Assembly: GCA_035293285.1 (NCBI GenBank)
Contig: DATDOM010000093.1
Span: 36,495 to 100,494 of the forward strand
DNA from: Candidatus Nanoarchaeia archaeon
GTDB taxonomy: Archaea; Nanobdellota; Nanobdellia; Woesearchaeales; GW2011-AR4
Length of the DNA stretch: 64,000 nt
Reading direction: 5' to 3'
Shown: piece by piece, positions 1-9,524 of the stretch
Position numbering within the stretch: the first letter of the stretch is position 1
Layout of the letters: the number at the start of each line of letters is the position of its first letter
Translations under genes and position numbers: made by a program
The notes under the pieces: model-generated
Seen by the model: the letters and a program-made list of their open reading frames with translations, nothing else
The model's database searches: none
Told to the model about the DNA's origin: nothing

Positions 1-442
1 TTCTGATTGTCAATTCAAGGTGGTTGTAAAGGTTATGCCTTCCTCTTAATGAACCTGAAAGGTCAGCAGGCTCTACAAGCTCAACACCCTGAGTGTGAAG
101 CACGCTTAGCTCGTTGATTATTTCAGTGTTTTTCAAGTCAGAAAGTTTCTTCACTTCGTCTTTGGCACTCTGCTCGACGTTTTTCTTTACCCTTTCAACA
201 ACTTCTTTTGGAGGGACAGCTATATATTTTATCGGCTTTCCCAATTTCATTATAACAAAACCCTTCTTTTCAAGGGATTCGAGAACATCATAGCTTCTTG
301 ACCTTGGAACATTTGCGATGTCGCTTAATTCCCCTGCGGTAGAAACTCCCCTGCTCAATAGAGCAGTCCATATCTTTACTTCATACAAATTCAGGTTGAA
401 AAACCTTCTCAACTTGCTTAAAAATTCTTCTTTAACTATCAT
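1..442 (-). CDS. TrmB-family transcriptional regulator (3' end outside window)
   Basis: Manual translation MIVKEEFLSKLRRFFNLNLYEVKIWTALLSRGVSTAGELSDIANVPRSRSYDVLESLEKKG matches the TrmB wHTH pattern. Confidence 0.85.
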   Translation of the reverse strand, partial: MIVKEEFLSKLRRFFNLNLYEVKIWTALLSRGVSTAGELSDIANVPRSRSYDVLESLEKKGFVIMKLGKPIKYIAVPPKEVVERVKKNVEQSAKDEVKKLSDLKNTEIINELSVLHTQGVELVEPADLSGSLRGRHNLYNHLELTIR

Positions 443-729
443 TTAACTACACCCCCCTTTTATTATTGTACAGGGGATAAAAAACACTACTATTAAAATG
501 TTGTTATTTTTCATCACTCAGCAATAAATTCATTTTAAAATAGTAATGAATTATTATAACTGATGAGTTATTACAGAAAATAGCCAGCTACTATTTAAAT
601 CTTTCTGAGCTATAGGCATTTTTTTGTTATTTTTATAAAAACAAATTTTATGCATTTTTTTTATCAATAACATTTATAAAAGAGCATAGAAACATTTTTT
701 TATCCTAAAAATTTTATTTATTATCTAAA

Positions 730-1464
730 ATGCTAAGTGGAAAAATCGCGCTTGTCACAGGCGCATCAAGGGGAATAGGAAAAGCGATAGCAATAGAGCT
801 TGCAAAACACAACGCCCACGTCATTGTAAATTATAGCAGCAACCAAAAAGATGCCGAAGAGGTGGTTGGTGAAATAAAAAATCTGGGAAAAAATTCTATC
901 TCTATCAAAGCTGATGTCAGTAATCCTGAAGAAGTCAAAAAAATGTTTGGAGAAATACAATCCAGATTCGGAAGACTTGATGTTCTTGTCAACAATGCAG
1001 GAATCACAAAAGACAGGTCACTGTGGAAAATGACTCCGGAAGAATGGAACAGGGTAATAAATGTAAATCTTGACAGCATATACCTTGTAACAAAAAATGC
1101 ACTTTCACTTATGCAAAAAGATTCAAGAATAATAAGCATATCATCAATTGTGGGACTATATGGAAATTTCGGGCAGTGCAATTACGCAGCATCAAAAGCA
1201 GGCATCATAGGCTTTACAAAATCCCTTGCAAAGGAAGTTGCAAAACAGCAGATAACAGTCAACGCAATAGCTCCTGGATTTATCGAAAGTGAAATGACGG
1301 ATAAAATCCCATTTTTGAAGAAGAAAGTGACGCTATGGATGATACCTATGAAGCGCGCAGGACTGCCTGAGGAAATAGCAAATGTAGCTGTATTCCTGGC
1401 ATCAGAAAAATCATCATATATCACTGGACAGACAATAAATGTCAATGGGGGATTTGCTTTTTAG
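730..1464 (+). CDS. fabG: 3-oxoacyl-ACP reductase-like SDR
   Basis: TGASRGIG, NNAG, YAASK motifs. Confidence 0.85.
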   Translation: MLSGKIALVTGASRGIGKAIAIELAKHNAHVIVNYSSNQKDAEEVVGEIKNLGKNSISIKADVSNPEEVKKMFGEIQSRFGRLDVLVNNAGITKDRSLWKMTPEEWNRVINVNLDSIYLVTKNALSLMQKDSRIISISSIVGLYGNFGQCNYAASKAGIIGFTKSLAKEVAKQQITVNAIAPGFIESEMTDKIPFLKKKVTLWMIPMKRAGLPEEIANVAVFLASEKSSYITGQTINVNGGFAF

Positions 1465-1465
1465 A

Positions 1466-3199
1466 ATGAGCCCTGAAACATTATTAAAAAAACCCTGGAA
1501 GCCGACAAGGCCGGTATCCAAAGGAGCATCAGCATATCACGAGGCGGTATGCAACGCTGAATACTACATTGAAATTCTCGACGAACTGGCTAGAATTGCA
1601 ATCCCTGTAATAAAAGACAATGATGTAGTTGTTGATTTTGGAGCGGGCACAGGAGTATCGGCAATGAAGCTAATGTCCAAGATGAAATCAAAAATAAAAC
1701 TTTGCTTGGTTGATAATTCACAGGCGTGGCTTGCAAAGGCATTCGAGATTTTTGAAAACAATCCGGATGTTAGGTGCTTTCTTTTGGAGAAAAAAGGAGA
1801 CACTTACATGACTTTGGCAGAGACTGTAGGTCGGGAAGTTGTTGACCACGTCATATCTGCAAACACACTTCACCTTGTGAGTGACATAGGCTCGGCTTTT
1901 GACGGAATCTACAAAGCACTAAAGCCAAACGGCACTTTCATATTCCAAAGCGGGAACATCACAAGAAGCACAAGGCCTGAAGGTGCATTGATGGTTGATA
2001 ACAGCGTCAAAAGGGTGCATGACATAGCGCTTGACATTGTAAGACGCGACCCTAACTTTGCAAAATACAGAAAAGACCTCGACGAAAAAATAAGGCAGAA
2101 CGAATCTCAGAGAAAATTTGTATTTCCAGAGCCAAGGCCAATAGAGTTCTATGTGGAGTCCCTTGCAAAAGCAGGATTTAAGCATGAGGAAACCCACTTT
2201 AAGCATTTTAAGGTAAAATACAGCGACTGGCTTAATTTCCTAAGAGTAAAAAGGCTTCAGGCAGGAATCCTTCCAGAAATCGGCGGATATGAGCCGTCAC
2301 CAAAGGAAGAAAAAGACAGAGACACGCTTATTACAATTGCAACGAATATGCTTTTTGATGATTTAAAGAAAAACAACAAGCTTTCAGATGATGAAGGTTT
2401 TACAATAGAAATTGCCTATGTCAGCTCAAGAAAATCTGAAAAGCCAGATTATTACAAAGAAAAGCTTGGCCTAAAGGGAAAAATCGCGCTTGTCACAGGC
2501 GCATCAAGGGGAATAGGAAAAGCAATAGCAATAGAGCTTGCAAAAAACGGCGCAAAAGTTATTGTAAATTACAATAAAAACGAAGCTGAGGCAAATGCAG
2601 TGCTTAATGAAGTGAAAAAACTCTCTGACGGCATTTTGATCCAGGCTGACGTTTCTGATTTTGAATCGGCAAAGTCAATGGCATTGAAAATCAAGGAATC
2701 ATTTTCAAAAATAGACATACTTGTCAATAACGCCGGCATAATAACGGACAAGACGATGCAGAACATGTCTTATGAAGAATGGAGAAAAGTAATCCACACA
2801 AACCTTGACAGTGTTTTTAACGTGACAAAGAATATTTTGCCGCTAATCAACGAAAACGGGCGAATAATCAATATAAGCTCCATAGTTGCGCTGGACGGGA
2901 ATTTCGGCCAGTGCAATTACGCAGCATCAAAAGCAGGCATCATAGGCTTTACAAAATCCCTTGCAAAAGAGGTAAGCCGTAAAAAAATAACAGTCAACGC
3001 CGTTGCCCCTGGACTTATAGAAACCGACATACTCGGGCCCATACCTGCAAATGTAAGGCGGGAGTTTAATGCAAGGATTCCAATCGGCAGAAGCGGCGAG
3101 CCACAAGATGTTGCAAATCTCGTAGCATTCCTTTCTTCAGAAATGGCGGGCTATATAACTGCGGAAGTAATTCCAATCAACGGCGGCCTGCATTTTTGA
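1466..3199 (+). CDS. Class I SAM methyltransferase fused to a FabG-like SDR
   Basis: N-terminal VVDFGAGTG; C-terminal TGASRGIG/NNAG/YAASK; ATG at 1466 directly after the fabG stop. Confidence 0.8.
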   Translation: MSPETLLKKPWKPTRPVSKGASAYHEAVCNAEYYIEILDELARIAIPVIKDNDVVVDFGAGTGVSAMKLMSKMKSKIKLCLVDNSQAWLAKAFEIFENNPDVRCFLLEKKGDTYMTLAETVGREVVDHVISANTLHLVSDIGSAFDGIYKALKPNGTFIFQSGNITRSTRPEGALMVDNSVKRVHDIALDIVRRDPNFAKYRKDLDEKIRQNESQRKFVFPEPRPIEFYVESLAKAGFKHEETHFKHFKVKYSDWLNFLRVKRLQAGILPEIGGYEPSPKEEKDRDTLITIATNMLFDDLKKNNKLSDDEGFTIEIAYVSSRKSEKPDYYKEKLGLKGKIALVTGASRGIGKAIAIELAKNGAKVIVNYNKNEAEANAVLNEVKKLSDGILIQADVSDFESAKSMALKIKESFSKIDILVNNAGIITDKTMQNMSYEEWRKVIHTNLDSVFNVTKNILPLINENGRIINISSIVALDGNFGQCNYAASKAGIIGFTKSLAKEVSRKKITVNAVAPGLIETDILGPIPANVRREFNARIPIGRSGEPQDVANLVAFLSSEMAGYITAEVIPINGGLHF

Positions 3200-3240
3200 A
3201 ACAGGTAATTTTAAATACTAAATAAGCCTTCTAAGAACTA

Positions 3241-3285
3241 TTGCGCAGTGCGCAAGATTGTTTTTAGAATGACGAGTTCTAAAAA
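3241..3285 (+). promoter_or_regulatory. Two-hairpin 5' leader of the TRAM gene
   Basis: ttgcgca-g-tgcgcaa and tttttagaa-N7-ttctaaaaa lie between TATA tttaaata (~3210) and SD gaggt (~3300). Confidence 0.5.
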
Positions 3286-3312
3286 GCTTAAATAACATAG
3301 AGGTAAATAAAT

Positions 3313-3699
3313 ATGAGACAAGATAGAGGAGGAAGGCGTGATTTTGGCGCCAGCAGAAGTTTTGCCCCTGTAAAGGTCGGCGACGAGATTGATGTGAAAA
3401 TTGAGGCCGTAGGCGAAAAAGGAGACGGAATCGGAAAAGTAAGCGGTTTTGTCATATTCGTGCCAGGTACTGAAGTAGGGAAAACCTACAAAATAAGGAT
3501 CACAAGAGTGTTACAAAAAGTAGCTTTTGCCGAAGTAATCGGAGAAGGAAGTTCTGATTCAAGCGCAGAGCAGCCGCAGTCAGATGACTCGTCTGAATCG
3601 CAGGAACCTTCAGAAGGTTCACAAGAATCAGACCAGCAAGAACCGTCAGACTCTGACTCAGACAACTTTGGAGAAGAAGGCGAAGAAGAAACACAGTAA
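3313..3699 (+). CDS. Single TRAM-domain RNA-binding protein with acidic disordered tail
   Basis: APVKVGDEIDVKIEAVGEKGDGIGKVSGFVIFVPG...KIRITRV..KVAFAEV. Confidence 0.9.
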   Translation: MRQDRGGRRDFGASRSFAPVKVGDEIDVKIEAVGEKGDGIGKVSGFVIFVPGTEVGKTYKIRITRVLQKVAFAEVIGEGSSDSSAEQPQSDDSSESQEPSEGSQESDQQEPSDSDSDNFGEEGEEETQ

Positions 3700-3732
3700 T
3701 TATTTTTTTATTTTATAATTTTATTTTTTCTC

Positions 3733-4263
3733 ATGAGGCTTTTCATCGCAATTGACTTTGACAGCATTAATGGCTACTTAAAAGAGATTCAATCGCAGCT
3801 TTTGGAAATCTCAAATCTTTCCCTTGTAACTTCTTTTCACCTAACGCTGAAATTTCTTGGAGAAGTGGAAGAGGAAAATTACAGCTTAATAAAATCAAAG
3901 CTAAAGGAAATAAAATTTGAGAAGTTTAATATTTTTCTTGACAAAGTCGGTGTTTTTGAGACAAGAGGCGAGCCGGGAGTCGTATTTGTCAGCATAAAGC
4001 AGCAAATCAATCTTTTAGAGCTCCAAAAATCCATAGAATCCGCACTAAGCGGTTTTAGCAGTGATTTTGACTTTACGGCCCATGTCACCTTGGCAAGAGC
4101 CAGGAAATTGGACGACAAAAAACAGTTCATCGGAAAAATAATAAAAATACAATTCAAAAATCTATCAGTAACGGTTGACAAATTTGAATTAATGAAAAGC
4201 GAGCTTACAAGAAAAGGACCAGCCTACACAGTAATTGAACCTTTCAAGTGCAGCAATTTATAG
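3733..4263 (+). CDS. thpR: RNA 2',3'-cyclic phosphodiesterase (2H family)
   Basis: MRLFIAI start; HLTL and HVTL motifs. Confidence 0.9.
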   Translation: MRLFIAIDFDSINGYLKEIQSQLLEISNLSLVTSFHLTLKFLGEVEEENYSLIKSKLKEIKFEKFNIFLDKVGVFETRGEPGVVFVSIKQQINLLELQKSIESALSGFSSDFDFTAHVTLARARKLDDKKQFIGKIIKIQFKNLSVTVDKFELMKSELTRKGPAYTVIEPFKCSNL

Positions 4264-4304
4264 GTCACCCAAACATTTTTATTAAATAGTCCTTAAATTA
4301 AGTT

Positions 4305-4952
4305 ATGGTCTACCCTATATGGAACACACTAGTCTGGTCCTGGTATCAGCTTTGGGTCAAGAAAATAGAGGGCATCGAAAACATTCCGCAAAAAGGAGCT
4401 TTTATCGTAGTGCTGAACCATTCAAGCTTTTATGACATAGCACTATCACACGGAATCATAGCAAAAAGGCTTAACAGAAAAATACACCCTTTTGTGAATT
4501 CAAAGTTCTGGAAAAACATAATTGCAAAAAATATTCTTGACTGCGGAGAATGCATTCCTGTTTTTGTCTCAGGAGATAAAAACTCAAGGGACAAAAACGA
4601 AAAATCAATGAAATTGGCGCTAAAATACCTTAAAAAAGGTGACATAATCTCAATATTTCCGGAAGGAAAAAGAAGTCCTGACGGAGTTTTGGGCAAGGCT
4701 TATAACGGCGCTGCCAAACTTTCTATTGCTTCAGGTGCACCTATCTTGCCTGTAGGAATTATAGAATCATATAAAGTGCTCCCAAAAGGCGCACTTTTTC
4801 CAAGATTTTTAAGATGCCGGGTGAAAATAGGAAAACCAGTATACCCTTCAGACTTTAAACTCAAAAGAAAGAAAGAAAAATTAGCTGATGAACTGACGAG
4901 GGTTTTTATGGGAGAAATCGCAAAAATGATAGGACAAAAATACATTTATTGA
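4305..4952 (+). CDS. plsC: Lysophospholipid acyltransferase (PlsC family)
   Basis: NHSSFYD (HX4D) and FPEGKRS motifs. Confidence 0.85.
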   Translation: MVYPIWNTLVWSWYQLWVKKIEGIENIPQKGAFIVVLNHSSFYDIALSHGIIAKRLNRKIHPFVNSKFWKNIIAKNILDCGECIPVFVSGDKNSRDKNEKSMKLALKYLKKGDIISIFPEGKRSPDGVLGKAYNGAAKLSIASGAPILPVGIIESYKVLPKGALFPRFLRCRVKIGKPVYPSDFKLKRKKEKLADELTRVFMGEIAKMIGQKYIY

Positions 4953-4956
4953 AAAA

Positions 4957-5589
4957 ATGGTATACTTTTTTGCCAAAAAATTCCTGGTTCCGGTATTCCG
5001 GCTATGGATTAAGGACATAACTGGAGTTGAGAATATTTTGGAAAACTCTCAATTGATAATTGCCGCAAACCATTCAAGCTATGTTGACCACCTTTTTCTT
5101 TGCTCAATAGTGATTCCGAAAACCAACAAAAAACTGCATTTTCTTGCAAAAAAAGAGCACTTTGACAGCCTGGCACAGCGGCTTTGGCACAATTACGCCG
5201 GCGCGATACCCCTAGACAGGCAGGCGGGCGGAAAAGAGGCTCTTAAGCAGGCGATAAAGGAGCTAAAACAAAAAAAAATAATTGGTATTTATCCCGAGGG
5301 CACAAGAACACTTGATGGCAAAATGCAGAGAGCAAAGACTGGAGTTGCAAGGCTTGCGCTGCTTTCCAAAGCGCCAGTAGTTCCTGTCGGCCTTATAGGG
5401 ACTTTTGAAATAATGCCGAAAGGAAAATATCTCCCAAGGCTAAAAAGTGCAAAAGTCAATATCGGAAAGCCTATCACATTTGAAAAATATTACGGGAAAC
5501 GAATCACAAAAAAACTTTTACGAGAGGTTACAAACATAATAATGAAAGAGATTGCAAGGCTTTCAAAACAGAAATACAATTTTGACTGA
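4957..5589 (+). CDS. plsC: Lysophospholipid acyltransferase (PlsC family), second paralog
   Basis: NHSSYVD, FLAKKE and YPEGTRT motifs. Confidence 0.88.
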   Translation: MVYFFAKKFLVPVFRLWIKDITGVENILENSQLIIAANHSSYVDHLFLCSIVIPKTNKKLHFLAKKEHFDSLAQRLWHNYAGAIPLDRQAGGKEALKQAIKELKQKKIIGIYPEGTRTLDGKMQRAKTGVARLALLSKAPVVPVGLIGTFEIMPKGKYLPRLKSAKVNIGKPITFEKYYGKRITKKLLREVTNIIMKEIARLSKQKYNFD

Positions 5590-5635
5590 TATTTTCAAGT
5601 AAAACTTTATATACATTAAATTTTTAATCCAAAAA

Positions 5636-6610
5636 ATGAAAATAGCAATTCTTGGGGCAGGGAGCTGGGGAACTGCGCTTGCGGCAACAGTCTCGCAAAA
5701 CAACGAAGTCAGCCTTTGGGCAAGAAGAAAAGGGCTTTGTGATGAAATAAACAGGACGAGGAAGAACAAGACTTATCTTGACGGAATTACGCTTCCATCC
5801 AATTTTTTTGCAAAAAATTCCATAAAAGACACTGTTGAGGGCTCGCAGATTATAATAAGCGTGATTCCAAGTGAATACTTAAGAAATGTGATGCAGTCGC
5901 TAAAGCCGTTTGTTTCAAATCAAATTATAATCAGCGCAACAAAAGGCATTGAGCATTCCAGCGGCAAGAGGATGTCGCAAGTTATTGAGGATGAGCTTGG
6001 CAAAAGAGTGAAGGTTGCAGCACTTTCAGGCCCAAACCACGCCGAAGAAGTTGCAAGAAAAATGCCGACGGCAAGCGTGATTGCATGCAGGGACAAGAAA
6101 ACTGCACTGGCATGCTCAAAAGCCATCAGCACGGATTCCTTCAAGGTTTACCCTCTTGATGACATTGCAGGAGTTGAAACCTGCGGCGCTTTGAAAAACA
6201 TAACTGCAATAGCAACAGGCGTATGTGACGGCTTTGGATTTGGGGACAATGCGCGCTCGTCAATAATGACAATGGGCCTTGTTGAAATGAACACTTTTGG
6301 AAGGGCTTTTGGGGCAAAAAGAGGCACAGTTTACGGCCTTGCAGGCGTTGGAGACCTAATAGCAACCTGCGTAAGCAAGCATTCAAGAAACAGGTATGTC
6401 GGCGAGCAGCTTGCAAAAGGAAAATCAATTTCCCAAATCAAGACTGAAATGAAGGGGATGGTTGCAGAAGGAATTCCCACAACAAAGGCAGTTTATGAAT
6501 ATGCCAAAAAGCATAACCTTGAAATGCCGCTTGCAAAGCAGGCGTATGAAGTTATTTATAACGGAAAACCGATCAAGACGGCAATAAAGGACCTTCTTGA
6601 CCTGGTTTAA
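5636..6610 (+). CDS. gpsA: NAD(P)H-dependent glycerol-3-phosphate dehydrogenase
   Basis: GAGSWGTALA, TKGIE, LSGPNHAEE, GALKN, GVGDLIATC..SRN. Confidence 0.95.
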   Translation: MKIAILGAGSWGTALAATVSQNNEVSLWARRKGLCDEINRTRKNKTYLDGITLPSNFFAKNSIKDTVEGSQIIISVIPSEYLRNVMQSLKPFVSNQIIISATKGIEHSSGKRMSQVIEDELGKRVKVAALSGPNHAEEVARKMPTASVIACRDKKTALACSKAISTDSFKVYPLDDIAGVETCGALKNITAIATGVCDGFGFGDNARSSIMTMGLVEMNTFGRAFGAKRGTVYGLAGVGDLIATCVSKHSRNRYVGEQLAKGKSISQIKTEMKGMVAEGIPTTKAVYEYAKKHNLEMPLAKQAYEVIYNGKPIKTAIKDLLDLV

Positions 6611-6622
6611 TCAAAAAGAAAA

Positions 6623-7219
6623 TCACTCTTCTGTGAAGTCTTCAAGCTTGTTTGGCAGTTCTTCGTTGTCCTTTAGAGTGCCTTTAATTTTCATATATTC
6701 CTTTGTAAGGATGAAAAACAACAATCCAAGCGATTTCTTTCCCTTGTTGTTGCAAGGCACTACCAAATCAATATAGTTTGACTGGTTGTTTGTGTCGCAT
6801 AATGCAATTACAGGAATTCCACTTTTTACAGCGTCCATTACTGCATTCCTGTCAGGCCAGGCGTCAACTACCATTACAATCTTTGCTTCTGTGTATTCCT
6901 CAAGCTGAGGGTTTGTAAGCATTCCGGGAGGATATCTTCCTGCAATTATCCTAATCCCCGTCAATTTTCCGAAAAGCTCAACAGGCTTCCAGCCGTTCTC
7001 CCTTCTGCATATTATCAGTATGTCTTTTGGGTCGTACTGCGATAAAAATGATGCCGCGATAGTAATCCTTTCATCAATTTTCTGAAGATTCAGAACACTT
7101 AGGCCGTCAGGCCTTGTCTTGTAGATGAACTGCTCCATGTATTTTGTCCTGAATTTTGTGCCGATGTGTATTCCTGACTTAAGATAAGTATCCCTTGCCA
7201 CCAAAAATTTTTCTTCCAT
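6623..7219 (-). CDS. rps2: 30S ribosomal protein S2 (archaeal uS2)
   Basis: YLKSGIHIGTK, GRYPPGMLTNP, IPVIALCDT, PCNNKGKKSL; 198 aa archaeal length. Confidence 0.95.
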   Translation of the reverse strand: MEEKFLVARDTYLKSGIHIGTKFRTKYMEQFIYKTRPDGLSVLNLQKIDERITIAASFLSQYDPKDILIICRRENGWKPVELFGKLTGIRIIAGRYPPGMLTNPQLEEYTEAKIVMVVDAWPDRNAVMDAVKSGIPVIALCDTNNQSNYIDLVVPCNNKGKKSLGLLFFILTKEYMKIKGTLKDNEELPNKLEDFTEE

Positions 7220-7366
7220 TTTAATACCTCATAATGTTTTTGCTTAATCTAATGAGTCCAGAATTCTGAACCGCATTTTATAGCCCCGCAGTAGTTGAAG
7301 CAACGCTTCTAGGCAATACTCTTAGGATAGAATATCTATTTAAAAAGGTTACTACTCCCCGTTATT

Positions 7367-8026
7367 ATGAAAGTAATATGCGTGACAGGAACTCCAGGGA
7401 CAGGAAAAACAACAGTAGCCAAAAAACTGGCATTAAAGATTGGTTTTCTTTATCTTGATATAAACGGCTTTGTTTCCAAAAACAAATTATATTCCGGTTA
7501 CGATAAAAAAAGAAAGTCAAAAATAGTTGACATTAAGAAACTGAACAAGGAGTTAGTTAAAGAAATCAAGTATTTTACAAGAGCCCGGGATTTTTTTAAA
7601 AGCCATAATGTAAAAACGTCAAATGAGCTTGCCAAGCTGGCGGGGCATGACAGCATTAACACACTGCAATTATTAAAAACATTAAACTCCTACTCATTAA
7701 ACGGATATTTCAATTACGGAAAAACATTAAATAACGACTATATCAATAAACTTAAAAAAATAAAAGGAATGATAATAGATTCGCACCTTTCCCATTATCT
7801 TCCTAAAAAATATGTTGACTTATGCATTGTCACTAAATGCGGCATTTCTGAACTCAATAAAAGGCTGAAAAAAAGAAAATACTCAAAGGCAAAAATAAAG
7901 GAGAACCTGCAGGCAGAAATATTTGATGTATGCAGGCAAGAGGCGCTAAAGAATAAACATAAAGTCATAACTGTTGACACTGCAAAAACTATTAATATTA
8001 CTTCAATTGCCAAGAAGTTAAGATGA
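7367..8026 (+). CDS. AK6/hCINAP-type adenylate kinase with internal insertion
   Basis: TGTPGTGKTT, IIDSHLSH, RL..RKYSKAKIKENL.AEI. Confidence 0.85.
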   Translation: MKVICVTGTPGTGKTTVAKKLALKIGFLYLDINGFVSKNKLYSGYDKKRKSKIVDIKKLNKELVKEIKYFTRARDFFKSHNVKTSNELAKLAGHDSINTLQLLKTLNSYSLNGYFNYGKTLNNDYINKLKKIKGMIIDSHLSHYLPKKYVDLCIVTKCGISELNKRLKKRKYSKAKIKENLQAEIFDVCRQEALKNKHKVITVDTAKTINITSIAKKLR

Positions 8027-9183
8027 CAAACAATTTAACGAAAAGGGTTCTAAACATCGCACCAAGCGCAACTTTGGCAATAGATTCCAAGGCAAAGCAG
8101 CTTAAAAAAGATGGCAAGGATATGGTCATATTTGGCGCAGGCGAGCCAGATTTTAATACGCCGGATAACATAAAGCGGGCTGCGATAAAAGCTGTTGAAA
8201 ACAACATAACAAGATACACTCCCGTTGCAGGAATTCCTGAATTGAAAAAAGCAGTTTCCGACAAGTTCAGGAAATTCAACAAAATAAATTATGACACTTC
8301 TGAAATACTCATAAGCTGCGGCGGCAAGCATTCGCTTTACAACATCTGTATGGCAGTGCTTGAAAAAGGAGACGAGGCGATTTTGCCAGTGCCTTACTGG
8401 GTAAGCTATGACGAGATGATTAAGCTTTGTGATGCAAAGACTGTGTTTTGCAACACTGACGAGAAATTCAAGCTTACTGCAAAAGACGTTGAGGAAAAAA
8501 TAACAAAGCACACAAAACTGCTTTTTCTAAACAGCCCCTCAAACCCAAGCGGCGCTGTTGTTGAGCCTTCAGAAATCAGGAAGATTGCAAAGCTTGCAGT
8601 TGACCATAATTTTTATGTCATCTCTGATGAGGTTTATGAATACCTGATTTACGGAAAAGAGCACCTAAGCATTGCCTCAATAAATGACGAGATTAAAAAC
8701 CTCACAATCACTGCAAATTCTGTCTCAAAGACTTATGCGATGACTGGCTGGAGAATTGGATACCTTGGAGCAAACAGGGAGCTTGTTAATGCAATGACAA
8801 ACTTACAAGGGCACTCGACAAGCAATGCGTCAAACATAGCACAGATGGCTGCTATTGAAGCATTAAACGGGCCGCAGGATTCTGTTGCAAAAATGGTGAA
8901 GGCATTTGACGAAAGAAGAAAATTCATGTGGAAAAGGCTCAATGAAATGGGGCTTGAGTGTGTCGAGCCCGAAGGGGCATTTTATGCATTTCCTTCAATC
9001 AAAAGCACAAAACTGGACTCAACGAAATTCTGCTCAAAGCTTTTGGATGAGGCTTTAGTTGCCGTAGTTCCTGGAAACGCATTCGGTTCTGATGATTTTG
9101 TAAGGCTAAGTTACGCAACTTCAATGCAGGAAATAGAAAAAGGGATGGACAGAATTGAGAAGTGGCTTAAGACAATCAACTAG
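8023..9183 (+). CDS. aspC: Aspartate aminotransferase (class I/II PLP enzyme)
   Basis: GAGEPDF, NSPSNPSG, SDEVY, SKTYAMTGWRIG. Confidence 0.9.
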   Translation: MTNNLTKRVLNIAPSATLAIDSKAKQLKKDGKDMVIFGAGEPDFNTPDNIKRAAIKAVENNITRYTPVAGIPELKKAVSDKFRKFNKINYDTSEILISCGGKHSLYNICMAVLEKGDEAILPVPYWVSYDEMIKLCDAKTVFCNTDEKFKLTAKDVEEKITKHTKLLFLNSPSNPSGAVVEPSEIRKIAKLAVDHNFYVISDEVYEYLIYGKEHLSIASINDEIKNLTITANSVSKTYAMTGWRIGYLGANRELVNAMTNLQGHSTSNASNIAQMAAIEALNGPQDSVAKMVKAFDERRKFMWKRLNEMGLECVEPEGAFYAFPSIKSTKLDSTKFCSKLLDEALVAVVPGNAFGSDDFVRLSYATSMQEIEKGMDRIEKWLKTIN

Positions 9184-9190
9184 TGTTACA

Positions 9191-9502
9191 ATGGATTCAT
9201 CAGCACTCGAGAAAATAGCGCAGGATTTGCCAGTACTGGACAACACAACAATTCAAATGGGAAGGCTGTCGAAATTCTATTCAGTCCATAGGGCTGAAAT
9301 AACCATTTGTGAAGGAGATCCTGGAAAACCTAAAAGCAGGCTTTTGTATGTTTATGGGGTTGACGATTCGAGAAAATGGATTTTATGCTCAGCAAGTGGT
9401 GTTCCCATTGAGTCAAATATGTATCTGGACCCAGTAGACCATATGCCAATAAGTATGGAGACAATAGTTGAGTACATTATATTGCAACAACAATCTATTT
9501 AA
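9191..9502 (+). CDS. Hypothetical protein
   Basis: ORF fills the gap between aspC and ppcA; ATG at 9191; no motif recognised. Confidence 0.5.
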   Translation: MDSSALEKIAQDLPVLDNTTIQMGRLSKFYSVHRAEITICEGDPGKPKSRLLYVYGVDDSRKWILCSASGVPIESNMYLDPVDHMPISMETIVEYIILQQQSI

Positions 9503-9524
9503 ACCAAAATAAAATCTTATTCTT

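Noticed and set aside
511..566. Imperfect inverted repeat between trmB and fabG
   Set aside because: Very AT-rich; could be an operator but is indistinguishable from chance
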